Below, piece after piece: positions 27,024 through 39,553 of a stretch of 64,000 bases of DNA. The DNA comes from Octopus bimaculoides (taxonomy: Eukaryota): contig NC_068981.1 in assembly GCF_001194135.2 (NCBI RefSeq), forward strand, positions 60,894,708-60,958,707, in the 5' to 3' direction. A program made the position numbers and the translations under genes. How positions within the stretch are numbered: the first letter of the stretch is position 1; each line of letters starts with the position of its first letter. A model generated the notes under the pieces. That model did not search any database and was not told the origin of the DNA. It worked only from the letters and a program-made list of their open reading frames with translations.

Positions 27024-27079
27024 GTCTCCGATGACGGAATATCATATACCTTGGGATATCCCAGAAACAGCTGTAGGTC
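27024..27079 (+). ncRNA. degenerate PLE-type hammerhead ribozyme motif
   Basis: CCGATGA (U4>C), stem II GGAATATC/GATATCCC, GAAAC-AGCT-GTA palindromic stem III; stem I mismatched. Confidence 0.5.
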
Positions 27080-27175
27080 CTTAAATTTTTCCAGTAATAA
27101 TAACGCATATGACTTGAAATGGTTGTCATGCCTTAGCGTTTGTCGTCCTCTTTAACAATTATACACACACAGACA

Positions 27176-27214
<39 letters not shown>

Positions 27215-27525
27215 CAGGATGCAAAATATAATAATGGTATTATTTCCACTTTTCTAGCAGTTCTGTTTGAAATTCAGCGGAAAGTCCACCAATGGAAACT
27301 CGGAAGGAGTAAATAAGAGAGTAAAATAGAATGCCAAAAAGCCATATCTTGTCCATGGAAGCTACATTTTGCAAAGTGACGAAGAATTAGTCCGGCAAGA
27401 AAAAGTGATTTTCAGTAAAAAGGGAAATGGCAGATGACGAATAAGTGTGTGTATATGTCAGTATGTGTGTTCTTGCGACAGATTTGTACGTGTTTTGTAC
27501 AATTGTGTATGTGTATATATATGTA

Positions 27526-27581
<56 letters not shown>

Positions 27582-27829
27582 GCCAGCTCGATTTCTAGTG
27601 TGCAGATACCACCTATTACCAAGAAACCATTGAAGAACTGGTAAAGTTTATTTTCTTCCACAAAACCAATCCAATAGTCGAAATTCCGTATCCACAGTAT
27701 ATGATGTAGATCTACTTTGCATGATTAAGTACAGTATCTTCCCACCGAATTTTTGTTCTATGATGTCCAATGTCCACAATAGAGGGATGTGTGTAGTGAG
27801 TCAGCAGGTTCCTGCAGAAATAGTTGAGG

Positions 27830-28260
27830 ATTTGTCAGTGTCTGGAGAGGACTATTTTGTGTGAGTAGAATAACTAACTGAAGATGACTACCAGCAGCAC
27901 GAATGAAGAATTATTAATGACCCTCGCTGGGGAAATGTAATCCTGCGAATGAAATGTTTCTCGGGATGGTGTAGTTTTTTGACAGGACAGAATTAGAGAG
28001 CAGTGGATGTTGTCAAGTTTGCAGATTTTCGGATCAGACACAGCGCGCTTGTGGGTTTCAAGCGCGTGAAAAGAATGACCTGGATAACTGCAAAATACCT
28101 GACTATGCGAACAATCTTGGCAAGGACTGTAGGGTACCAGTTTGCAATGGAAAGCAGAGCATCGATTGAGGAGGAACAACCAAGCAAGATACTTGGAATG
28201 CAACACGAAGGATTAAAAAGAACAAAACGGTGGCATGAAATATTTCGTGTGCTTAGTTTT
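27830..28260 (+). mobile_element. RTE-clade LINE 3' fragment, decayed
   Basis: MKCF..., FKRVKRM (FGHVKRM-like), ILARTVG...RW pattern of the RTE C-terminus. Confidence 0.55.
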
Positions 28261-28569
28261 GGAGAGGAACCTTGGGATGCACACTTACACCTGCTCTAAA
28301 GCCACATGAGCATATTGTGAAAGTAAGAACCGGTGTAATCGCCGAGAAATTAGTCATTGAAAGTGCTTCTGCCTATCGGCTAAGGTTATGTCTTTGTGAG
28401 GCAGTTATAAGGAAGATTCCAGTTGTCATGTCCATTTCATTGTACATGCTAGCAAAATACAAAACTGGGAACGACCGTTGGGAACGACTGAAGTTCCCAG
28501 AAGCTACCTCCCGAGAAGCACTGAATATATTTATCCAACTAAAAATATATATTCATACGCACACACACA

Positions 28570-29593
28570 TAAGTTGTCCCTAGAAAAATTTACCCATTCA
28601 TATTTCTTAATTATTCTAAACAAACGTAATGTAGGATAATGAAATTTAGCACACAAGTTCTAATGTAAATTGTCAATCTATTGCAACAATTATATTTCAA
28701 AATTATCTCCTTTCGTGTTGATCATAACCTTCAAACTAGTCGTCACTGAGCCTCATGAGCACTGTATCACCTCGTCGTCCAACTTGACCCATGAAGACAA
28801 GGGATTTCTCCAGATTTGACGCATTTGAATGAGACCGAACAGAAACATTATTCGCTACGATGTACCAGATAACAAAGTTCGTCGGATTAATGTCTGGCCT
28901 TGGGGGAAGTCAAAACCGCTGAAATGCAATTTGTACCACCTCCGTGCAATATAGGATGCGTGGTCTGGAGTCCCGTTTTGAGTGAAGCTGTAACAGTCAC
29001 CAAATCTATCAATGACACTTTTTCATCCAACATTTTCACCTAAACTTCACTGTTGCCTTTGAAGCCTGCATCGATGAAGATGAGGGGAGGCTCGGACACA
29101 TCAGATGAAACTGCGACGCACACCATGAGTGGTGCTGTCTTCTGACGGCATAAATGACTTTTGCTGCCTTCAGCCAAGTCTCCTGCATTACGTCCATAAC
29201 GGCTGTCATTTTGACTGTTACTAACTGCCTCTACAGTGAAGATCTCATCGGACCAAATCAACAAGTTTTTAGCGGCGCGCTTTATCTCAGCTAACATGGT
29301 GTTACTCCGTTTCTACTTGGAAGCTGCTGAAACTAACTACCGGGATGTTTCTTGAATCTTCTTTAAATCCTCTTTCTATATCCTCTTTAAAAAACCTGTC
29401 AACTGACGATTTCGAAATATCAAGAGTTTTTGAAGTTTTTCTCACACTGCGGGGATTTTGGTTTATTCGCTTCTCCACAGCTTCAACAGTTTGTTTGGAG
29501 CAAACTGATCGTTTCCCACTTCCCCACTAGAGGTATTGAACACTGTTTTACAGCACACCTTGAACTGTTTTGTTATGTCATTATTACACACTC
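28570..29593 (-). mobile_element. maT (DD37D-like) Tc1/mariner transposon, pseudogenised; 5' end in gap
   Basis: LIWSDEIFTVEAVSNSQND...RQKTAPLMVCVAVSSD..PPLIFIDAGFK; decayed WPPxSPD motif near 28900. Confidence 0.8.
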
Positions 29594-29898
29594 NNNNNNN
29601 NNNNNNNNNNNNNNNNNNNNNNNNNNNNNNNNNNNNNNNNNNNNNNNNNNNNNNNNNNNNNNNNNNNNNNNNNNNNNNNNNNNNNNNNNNNNNNNNNNNN
29701 NNNNNNNNNNNNNNNNNNNNNNNNNNNNNNNNNNNNNNNNNNNNNNNNNNNNNNNNNNNNNNNNNNNNNNNNNNNNNNNNNNNNNNNNNNNNNNNNNNNN
29801 NNNNNNNNNNNNNNNNNNNNNNNNNNNNNNNNNNNNNNNNNNNNNNNNNNNNNNNNNNNNNNNNNNNNNNNNNNNNNNNNNNNNNNNNNNNNNNNNNN

Positions 29899-29930
<32 letters not shown>

Positions 29931-29937
<7 letters not shown>

Positions 29938-30957
29938 ATCTCATAAATAATGAGTTTTGTATACTTCTTTTATTCTTCAAAATTAAGATAAACAAAGTTA
30001 TTTTTTTATCTAAAATATACTCTCCTCCATTTTCTACATTGCACTGCCATCTATCTGGTAGACCTACAAGGTACTTCTTTCAAAATTTACTTGGCTGTCA
30101 CGAAAATTACTATACTCCTCCAGTACTGTTCTAACCTCGTCTACAAAATTCATATTTTTTCTGTCAAGATGATTTTGAAGACTGCGGAATAAATGATAAT
30201 CCGATGGGGCAATGTCCGGCAAATATGTTGGGTCGGTCATCGTTTCCCATTGAAATTGTCCAGACATTAGAATGTCATCGGTGCTGTATGTGGCAGAGCA
30301 TTATCCCGATGAAAGGACACCATTCTTCTTAGAAGCAACGATTAACGTTTCTAGCCGCTCAAACTGCTCTCAGTAGATCTCCTTTGGTACTGTTTGGCTT
30401 GTGTTTAGCAGTTCAAAGTGGACTAAACCTTTCATATCCTACCTAACAGTACACAACTCCCTACGAGGGTGAAAACCTTCTTTAGCTTGGACTGCCGCTG
30501 TTTCTTCTCTCCCTACCCACTGTCTTCGGTGGTTGACATTTTTATATAAAACCCATTTCTCGTCACCAGCCACTATTCCGTCCAAAAAAAGGTTCATTCG
30601 TGAGACGTTACTGCAAACAATAGCACACATTCACTCTCTGCGAGTCGGAAAGTTTGTGAGGAACACGTTGACCTAATTTCCTGATTTTTACCATGCCACG
30701 CTGGTGTTGATGAATGGTTCAATGGCTAAATCCAAGAATCTCTGCTAGTTCCTCTACAGATATGATGGGATTTTGTTCACCAGGTTTTGCAGGGCGTCCT
30801 CGTCGAGTTCTAAAAATCTTCCACGATGAGGCTTATTGTCTAGACTGTAGTTTTCGGCTCGGGATTTCTGGAACCATCGCTGACACTTGCTTATGCTTAC
30901 TGTCTGATCCCCATGTACTGTATTAATATTCTTTCCATTGCGCTGTTGCCTTTATTG
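29931..30957 (-). mobile_element. mariner (DD34D) transposon, pseudogenised; 5' end in gap
   Basis: GIVAGDEKWVLYKN, YLPDIAPSDYHLFRSLQNHL; TIR TTGGATTATC... adjoining (TA)n. Confidence 0.88.
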
Positions 30958-31453
30958 NNNNNNNNNNNNNNNNNNNNNNNNNNNNNNNNNNNNNNNNNNN
31001 NNNNNNNNNNNNNNNNNNNNNNNNNNNNNNNNNNNNNNNNNNNNNNNNNNNNNNNNNNNNNNNNNNNNNNNNNNNNNNNNNNNNNNNNNNNNNNNNNNNN
31101 NNNNNNNNNNNNNNNNNNNNNNNNNNNNNNNNNNNNNNNNNNNNNNNNNNNNNNNNNNNNNNNNNNNNNNNNNNNNNNNNNNNNNNNNNNNNNNNNNNNN
31201 NNNNNNNNNNNNNNNNNNNNNNNNNNNNNNNNNNNNNNNNNNNNNNNNNNNNNNNNNNNNNNNNNNNNNNNNNNNNNNNNNNNNNNNNNNNNNNNNNNNN
31301 NNNNNNNNNNNNNNNNNNNNNNNNNNNNNNNNNNNNNNNNNNNNNNNNNNNNNNNNNNNNNNNNNNNNNNNNNNNNNNNNNNNNNNNNNNNNNNNNNNNN
31401 NNNNNNNNNNNNNNNNNNNNNNNNNNNNNNNNNNNNNNNNNNNNNNNNNNNNN

Positions 31454-31485
<32 letters not shown>

Positions 31486-31849
31486 GTATAGATGTAAGTA
31501 TGTACATATACGTATGCATATATGCATACATATATATATAATTTGTATATATATGTGTGTATGTGTTTGTGTGTGTGTGTTTGTGTGTTTAAACATCTGT
31601 GAGCTTATTTCGGTTTATGTGTTTGCATTATGTTTGGTTTTTGCTATTTTAACTGGGTTTAGGATAGACAGATATCTCATATTTGTTCAAAATTGTGTAG
31701 TCTGTCATCTGAACACTATTACTAATTCTTACTTGTACTTATTTGATCAGTCAGTATCGAAAGGCAAGTTACGATTTCATATGGTCATACTGAATTTGGT
31801 GCATCGTTTTACTTCATTTACAAATGCATACAGAAATACGCATTGAGAC

Positions 31850-32800
31850 ATGGAACCACACATACAATTCATTGAAATCTACCGAGGCATTAAATGAGAG
31901 GAATACGTTTGCAGAATGTTGAACGTTAAATTAGAATTAGTTAAATGTTGCAGTCTCTGTAGAGAGGTTAAAATTGATCAAGAAAAGATAAAAGAACCTT
32001 CTTAGATGAGAAATCTGATGGAGCAGATAAAATTCTCAATGCCGGAAAATAGAGGAATCGGAAGCATTTATGAAATTATGAACGAGATAGCAGAAAGAAT
32101 AAAGCGATCAAAAAGACTAGCTCCGCGTAGAATTGATGCGGAACAAATACCATCTGATATAAACATTCAAGAAAGAATTTATTAATGCAGACATGAACAA
32201 GGCTTTTGATGGGAGAAATGCTTAGGAAATTCTCAAACCACAAGAGTAGGTGAACGTGGTTGCACATGAAATATCCGTGGAAGAGATAGTGAGAGCCATT
32301 GAGCTAATAAATAGAAAGTCATGGAATAGGTGGAATTTCAGGAGAAATGCCACAAACAGATAAACTTGCAAATGAAATAGTCGCATTAAAACAATTTGGT
32401 TATATGAACTATTGAATACTTTCCTCAATATTGGACATTTTTTGAAAACCAAAAATAGTATTTAAGATCGTGTGCATGTAAGAAGGTATAACCTTTAACA
32501 ACATAGGTGGCAGGGTATTCAGTTTATCAACATGATTAATATAAATATTGCTTAGGGATGAACAAGAAAGTTTCCGATGGTACTGAGATTATAGTAATAC
32601 GCAGAATAAATGCATATGTCGATAATGGCTTTATGTGACATATTGAAAAGGGCTTTAATTTAGAGTTTGAGTTACTATGATGCTATGGCTGAGGTATAAT
32701 CATGTCAGAGCTATGAGAAAAATGCGCGAGAGAGTAAGTAGATGAGAAACAATTGGATGGATCTATGGAAAATAATTGGCAGATTTGGACAATGCGAATA
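31850..32800 (+). mobile_element. very decayed LINE RT fragment
   Basis: EISVEEIVRAI, KSHGIGGISGEM (KxPGxDGI-like) and IEKGFN (LEKAFD-like) in RT order. Confidence 0.55.
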
Positions 32801-33134
32801 ATAGGGTTTTTTATTATTTTTGAAAAGCGCAAGACTCTAAAATGGAATACAAATATGATTAAATAAGAAAATATATAAAGGTAAAAATGAAAAAAAAAAT
32901 GAAATTGTATGAATCAAGGAAGAGGACAGATGAAATGTACTACTGAATAAGCCCATTCCAGGAGAATAAAACAGGTTTAAACATCTTGTAAATGTAACTA
33001 GGTGTTTTTGAATTTACAAAAGTGAAATTAATAACAATTTTAAGAAAGCAATGTGTAAAGTGTTGAGTGATTAACAATCACGTCGATTGCCAATTCAGTA
33101 AAAATGAAATTGTGGTGATCAATAATGAATCGAG

Positions 33135-33264
33135 TTTAGTATTCTTTTATTTGTTTCAGTCATTTGACAGCAGCCATGTTGGAACACCACCTTAAAAAGT
33201 GTTTTTCAGTCGAAGAAATTCACCCCAAGCTGAATCCTGTACCATGTGGTTCGGAAGCAAGCTT
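33135..33264 (-). mobile_element. SINE family B, internally deleted and interrupted by the ORF1-only element
   Basis: 3' tail TTGTTTCAGTCATTTGAC.GC.GCCATG joined to head piece ACCATGTGGTTCGGAAGCAAGC. Confidence 0.75.
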
Positions 33265-35387
33265 TTTTTATTACATGAAGATTGGCCATAAATGCCTTAT
33301 ACAGAAAAAGAAGCTGCGGGCTGGACAGTCATAATGTTATGTGAATGAAAAAAATAATGGTGATTAATAAATAAATGGGAGGATCAAGCAGCGCCCACCG
33401 ACTGTCTAATCCCTGAAAACATTGTTCTCTTATATGTGAGGCAACAAGCCTCTTACACTGTTCGTTATGTTCATTGCTACAAAAACAGGAGGCATTACGC
33501 CACATACTTTGTTTTAAACAAAATGAGGTTTCAAACCCCTCCTCAATTCATAACATTCAGGCTTTTCAACCATAGTCCTCCCCAGCATTGCTTGTGACCA
33601 CATCTTCCACCATCGCCCACGCCTCATTTAAGCACACAGCGAGTGGCGTGTCGGCTTCGCCTGGCAACAAGCGAAATTCCTCATTAAACCACTTCAACCT
33701 ATGTAGCACGGCCAATGTTTTCACATCCACAGCTATCTGCGGAGGCCATTCGGGATCACGTGTGCAGGTCAAAGTTGCTCCCTTCTGGTGTTTTTCCAAC
33801 ACCTCCTCCAACTCTCCGCCTCTGTAGAAGAAGANNNNNNNNNNCAAAGTTGCTCCCTTCTGGTGTTTTTCCAACACCTCCTCCAACTCTCCGCCTCTGT
33901 AGAAGAAGACCAATAATTCCTCTTCTTCCGGGGACGAAGTAGCTACTTCCGCCGTCGGTGGCACAATTCTCACCGAGGTAGCTCAACCGACGGCATACCG
34001 TTTTTTCCTTTTTTCCGGTGGGAGGGTGGGAGTCCTCCGGTTTACCCGAGGGCTTTAATCACCTTTCCACCTCTACATTATTTATGTGAGGTTTCGGCGT
34101 GCTACTATCAATGCTCGCCTTTCTATTTTTCCCTCTTTCAGGTAAGGCCTCCGCCTCCTCATTTTTTTCCACCTGCTGAGAAGGACTGCGTTCTTTATTA
34201 ATTGACTGCTCCTGGGCCACTCTGTGGTCCCGGCGACAATCCTTCTTTATATGGCCGGACTCCAGGCACCCGTGACACATAGTGGAGGTGTCCCTCAAGG
34301 ATCACTGTCAGCAGCTAACTGGATCCACAGAGTCAACACAACTTTAGCCCCGACCCAATCAGCTGCCAGCAACAGTTCTACATTTAACAATTTGGTGTCC
34401 ATACGGCCACAAGTCCCCGTCGGATAGTTTCTGTTATCCCCTCGGGCTTAACCCCTGGCGGTAACCCACACACCCACGCATGCTGGCATTTGCTCCCACA
34501 ATACCAGGGGAGAAACAGAATCCTTTCCCCTTCCAGGGGCTGCCTGGCGAACTTACCCGCCATTTCCGGGGTCTCGAACAGCAACCATATAGTTGCATAT
34601 TTGGGGCCGCTGTCAATATGCCCTATCGTCGGCATATATTCCATCGGATCTTCTATCTCTGGTCTGGAAAAGGGTACAATGGTGCTCAAGGACCTTGAAT
34701 AATTCCTCAGAACCACTATCCTCTCTTTCAAATCTTTCAGCCATTCTTTGGATGGGTTGATCTCCCACTCCAAATGAATGTTATTATTATTTGTTCTTTC
34801 CATGTTCACAGTCAACTGTAGAACAAAAGTTAAAACGAAAAAAAAGCAAGAAAGAAGGAGAAAAGGAAAGAACACAGTTTAGAAAAAAAAATAGAAAAAA
34901 ATGCACATATAAATGTCCACTGGCTTCTGGCCTATTCAAATTCCTGGCCTGGCTAATCCGATAGAGGTAATCCACAATATCCAAATAATTTTATCCATAA
35001 AAACTGGTGTCCGCTGTATAATTAATAGCTAGCAGCGCTTAAATGTCCATAGACAGACAAAAATCCAGTGACGAACGTCTTCAGTAAAAAAAAAGTTTCA
35101 ATAGAAAAATGTTTGCGTTGCGGGATACGCCCCCTAAGAATTTTTCGACAAAACCAACGCAACCAAAGGCGAACAAAATTGCCTCGAGACTAGAGGAGAT
35201 ACATTAATAGTGAAACATAACAATAAAATACGAGTAACGCACCCCAACTGCGTCCCCAAAACAAAGTTTCTCCTACCTTCAGGCTGCTAATATCTTTTCG
35301 TAGACTTAATCCACACCAGAGCTAAATTTAGCTGTGTTGTCATTATGGTTAGAATAACCACTCCAGTTTGCACATGCGCCGTGAGGA
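33265..35387 (-). mobile_element. Tx1/L1-type non-autonomous retroelement encoding ORF1 only
   Basis: ORF1 homologous to 1141-2410; stop followed by about 300 nt 3'UTR, AATAAA and short poly(A); 10-bp TSD AAGCAAGCTT at 33255-33264 and 35388-35397; no EN/RT seen. Confidence 0.75.
33566..34803 (-). pseudogene. LINE ORF1-like protein (RRM + CCHC + C-terminal domain), frameshifted
   Basis: ATG at 34803; GPKYATIWLLFETPEMAGKF...LFLPWY...GLPPGV; CHGCLESGHIKKDC; stop at 33566. Confidence 0.8.
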
Positions 35388-35397
35388 AAGCAAGCTT

Positions 35398-35490
35398 CTT
35401 TATTTCATAAGTATTTGCCATAAAGGTATTACAAAGAGGGGCCGAACAAGGACAGACAAACATAAAAGGGGTGAAGTAGCTGTATCGATT
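35398..35490 (-). mobile_element. SINE family A 3' tail remnant
   Basis: AGAGGGGCCGAACAAGGACAGACAAAC matches 14948-14975. Confidence 0.6.
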
Positions 35491-38400
35491 AAATATTTAC
35501 AATTTTAAATACACAATACAAATTGGATTATAAACCACACCTAGAGCTTGGTGATGACCATCCTGGTAAGCAAGTACTTCTCAGAGATAGGTACCTAAAC
35601 TGTCGCCCACTATCTCTATAGTTCATGCAGTCCTCAACATTTTTGTTCAACAGGCTACAGACAGACTGCAGGGGCATTCGACTTTAAGATGAATAAAGCT
35701 GTCACAAGGGTCCTGGAACCTTTATTTGGAGAAGATCCATGGGGCCATCACAAATGCATTGAAGGAGATCAACATTTTGCACATCTTCCAAATTAATGAA
35801 TATTACTCTACAAACGTCTGACCTGTTATTCCAGAAAAAAATCTAATTTTTTCCCACAGAAAAATCTCCTGGTGATGTCAGTATCTTGCGTGTTTTAACG
35901 TCAATGGAGTAGATTCCATCTAGACACCACTCAAATACTCTTGCCGTTCGAATCACCAATGCTACTGCAAACGCATTGTGGGATATCGTCTTGTAAGAGA
36001 ATTCTAACTTGCTTGTTTTCTAAGGGTAGCATAATATATTCGTATCAATCTGTACATTATGTGTGTATGCATTATGTATCTAAATATATTTTTAAGTATG
36101 CATGAGAGTTTGAATGTATGTATGAATATATTTATATATATATATATATATATATAAGGTCCACCTGAAATAAATAAACCGATCGTTACAGATTAATATA
36201 TATAAGCATTCGCGAATGTATGTTTGTAAGTTTTAGAAGTCTTTGTAGCTGTCTAATAATATAGCATTAGTTCTGCAAATGCTAAATAACAAGAGAGAGA
36301 GTGAAGGAGGAGAGAGAGGGAATGAGAAATAGGGTGGGTTGGAGAGCATTTTGTTATAGAATATATGTGCCATATTATAACATGGAAGGCATTATTGCAG
36401 AAATCTATCGATTTTGTTAACCAGAACGTGGAATTTCAGGTAAGGTTATTATATTTAATGTTTAAATGAATGGCTTTCAGTATGAGGGTCAATAGTTTCA
36501 TATCTTTCTATGTTTGTAATTCTTAAAACGGAGATATTTTTTTCTTGTCTCTGGTATTTCGATTTAGGTATAAAATCTGCTATTTCAATGCGTGTCTGGC
36601 TAAAACATCAATCTTGCAGTTTATGTTGTATAAATTTATATCATCTCAGCAAGAATATCAGAGCTCACTAATTTCGAATTATTATTTATGTTTCGAGTTT
36701 GTAATGTAACAACTGTAGAACTATCTTAAAACTTAAGCATATACTATTAAATATTCAATATTATTTTTCCGAATTCACTTTTGGTTTTAATTCGGAAAAG
36801 ATAGGAAAATAAACTTTATACGATATAGAAATAAATTTATTTCTCAAACTCGTGATAATGCTATAAATAGCGTGATCAGGATAAATTATCCATATAATGC
36901 AGAAAAAATACGTTGCCGGCCGAGCCTGCTTTACTGCAAAATTTGAAACCGAGAGTAGAACTTAGATATACAATCAGAAAAGTATTTTTAAGACGTTGAA
37001 ATGTGATAAATATTTGACTAAACTTTAAGCGTGGAGATGCAGATACACCTAGAAAAAGTATTATTGATAATCAACTTATAATCAAAATTTCTCTACTCGT
37101 GACGACCCCAACAACTCTTTCTGCGATATAATGCATTTAAAATAATATTTTGTATCTCATTCCTATTTTGAGTATTATCTGGTGTACTTAAGATGGTTTA
37201 GATTATATTTTGAAGTCGACATGTGTCATTTCAGTGGCATTTTATTTCGCTACTATAACCATACGATTCACCTATATACATATCTTGGTGAAAAAGACAC
37301 TTTCCATGATGACGTAAAGTCAGTCTTTCAAGAGCGAGAAGGAAAGAAAGTATTTTAATATATCAATCGGAAGGCAACATTAGTATACGCATTGAAGGAA
37401 AAATACAGTACAAAAAGTTATAATGAAACGCATACGATTGACGCGGAATCTTTCGTCAAACCCGTGGGAAGGCTGTATAATATGATATTACAGGAAGGGA
37501 TTTCGTAATTCTTTTGTGGTACAAGTATATAGCTTTTCATAAAATAATCACTCATACATATTGGTTGGCTAGATCGACATACCACACTGGTATGTTATAG
37601 TAAGAATAAATCTTGCTGGCAGAGAAATTTCTTGTGATTGTTATAACGTAAGTTTTGATGACAGGGCAGGTGAACAGAAAGAAATATGAATGTGCACCTA
37701 GCAACATTTAATAATTAAGCTGTTCCATCCGAGGTAAGAAAATATTGCATGATATTTGTAATAGTTTCACCTTATTAAAAACAGTCACTTGCTTTCATTC
37801 CGAATTCATGGCTACTGAAGTCACTATCTACTACATTAGTTACTGGTATCGAAAGGCTATCAAAAACATGATCTACTATTCCCACCATTGAAAATATTCC
37901 ACACTGAATCCAACATATAACTTTATGTCAAGGATATAATGATTTATGTGTGAAATATAAACGCTAGAGAGAATACGATATATTCATCGCAAAGTTTTCT
38001 GCTGATAGAGAAAAACGAATTAGTCAAAAGAAAAGTTCATTTTGGACAACTGTAGGCGGAAAAAAACTATTCTTTTATTTTAAAATCATGGAATCAATGG
38101 TTCCACATTATGTGTCCTAAAGATATCTAGGTATTGCGGAAATATTATATCAGAGAAAGAGGACTAATAGTCAAAGAATATTATATCAGGCTAAAAGATA
38201 TAGGGTAGTTAGTACTTTTATACACAGCAAGGTTATTTCCCACAATGCATTAGCAGTGCCGAAGCTGATATTTATATTTGGGACACTTGACTAGTAAATT
38301 CCACTCCGTAAATATCAAAATTTGTAACATTCATCGATTCACTTCAAAACTTTGCAGAAGCAATGATGTTGTGAGACTCAGTCTCAGGTAAAGAAACAGA

Positions 38401-38687
38401 CCAGCCGACATACTTTACGCATGCGATTTGTCAGATTTTACTTAGCTCAACACGTAATAGCTATTGTTCTTGTCTGAATTTTAAGTGACGGAGCGATGTA
38501 TGTATGTAAGTATGTATGTTGTATGTATGTATATATGTATGTATGTATGTATGTCATTGTTCAACTTCATTTCAAGATTTCTTGCCAATAGAGAAAGAGC
38601 CAGTTTCTAACCTAGATTCAAGGTTCCTTGAAATGTGAGGCATTTTAGATAGGAAGACAGTATGTAAAACACTTTATGAGACAGATA

Positions 38688-38985
38688 GGTGCAGGCGTGG
38701 CTATGTGGTAAGAATTTTACGTCCTAACTACATGATTCTAGGTTCAATTCAACTGTGTGGTACGTTGGGCAATTTAGTTCCAGACAGACCGAAGCCTGAA
38801 TTTTTGTGAATGGAATTGGCAAGTGGAAACTGAAAGAAGACTGTCATCTGTGTGCATATATATTTATGTGTGTTGCTTGTCCCTTAGAACCACTTGACAA
38901 TCGGGTGTTGGTTTCTTTATGTCCCTGTAACTTAGCAGTTAATCAAGAGACACTGGTAAAATAAATACCAGACTTAAAACACAAA
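38688..38985 (+). mobile_element. SINE family B, degenerate
   Basis: GCAGGCGTGGCTATGTGGTAAG...GGTTCAATTC...TTGGGCAA...GGAAACTGAAAGAAG...GTAACTTAGCAGTT. Confidence 0.75.
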
Positions 38986-39019
38986 TTATGTATTAAGGTT
39001 AATTTGTTCTACTAAACGC

Positions 39020-39420
39020 TACTGAACTCGTTAGTGAAAAGAGACCCCGACGGAAACCAAGGCTACCATTTAAGGACTGTGTCAAATCCTCATGAAAGGC
39101 CTATGATGTGCAGGAGACCGACTGGGAGAGGAATACCTGTCATCACCACATATGGAGGAAGCAGGTAAAGGTGGGGTCAACATCTACGAAAAAGTACGTA
39201 TTCTGCATGAAAAAGCTAAGCGTGCTGTTCGAGATGACACTGCTAGCATTGTGAATAGAGAAAGCTTGGTTTACAGTGTTTGTAGTCGTGTATGTTTGTG
39301 AAGAGCAGCGCTCATTAGCCACCAACGGAGTCGCAAATGCAAAATATTAGTTAGTCCTAGAGAGCACAATATTCCTAAAGGTCAGTAACGGTCATCCTCG
39401 GTCAAGAGTGGACGGCCATC
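39020..39420 (+). mobile_element. RTE/BovB-like LINE 3' end
   Basis: RKPRLPFKDCVK...DWE...WRKQV...CSRVCL.RAALISHQRSRKC C-terminal zinc finger; short 3'UTR then (TATG)/(TAGA) repeats. Confidence 0.75.
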
Positions 39421-39521
39421 TTGTATCTAAGTATGTATATATTTTGGTATGCATGTAAATATGTAATTACCTTTGTTTCTTTGTCTTTGCATACATATGT
39501 TGATACATACATATTTACTTC

Positions 39522-39553
<32 letters not shown>

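Noticed and set aside
33770-33908. 65-bp tandem duplication inside the half-LINE ORF
   Set aside because: Identical copies flank a 10-N gap, the typical signature of unmerged contig overlap.
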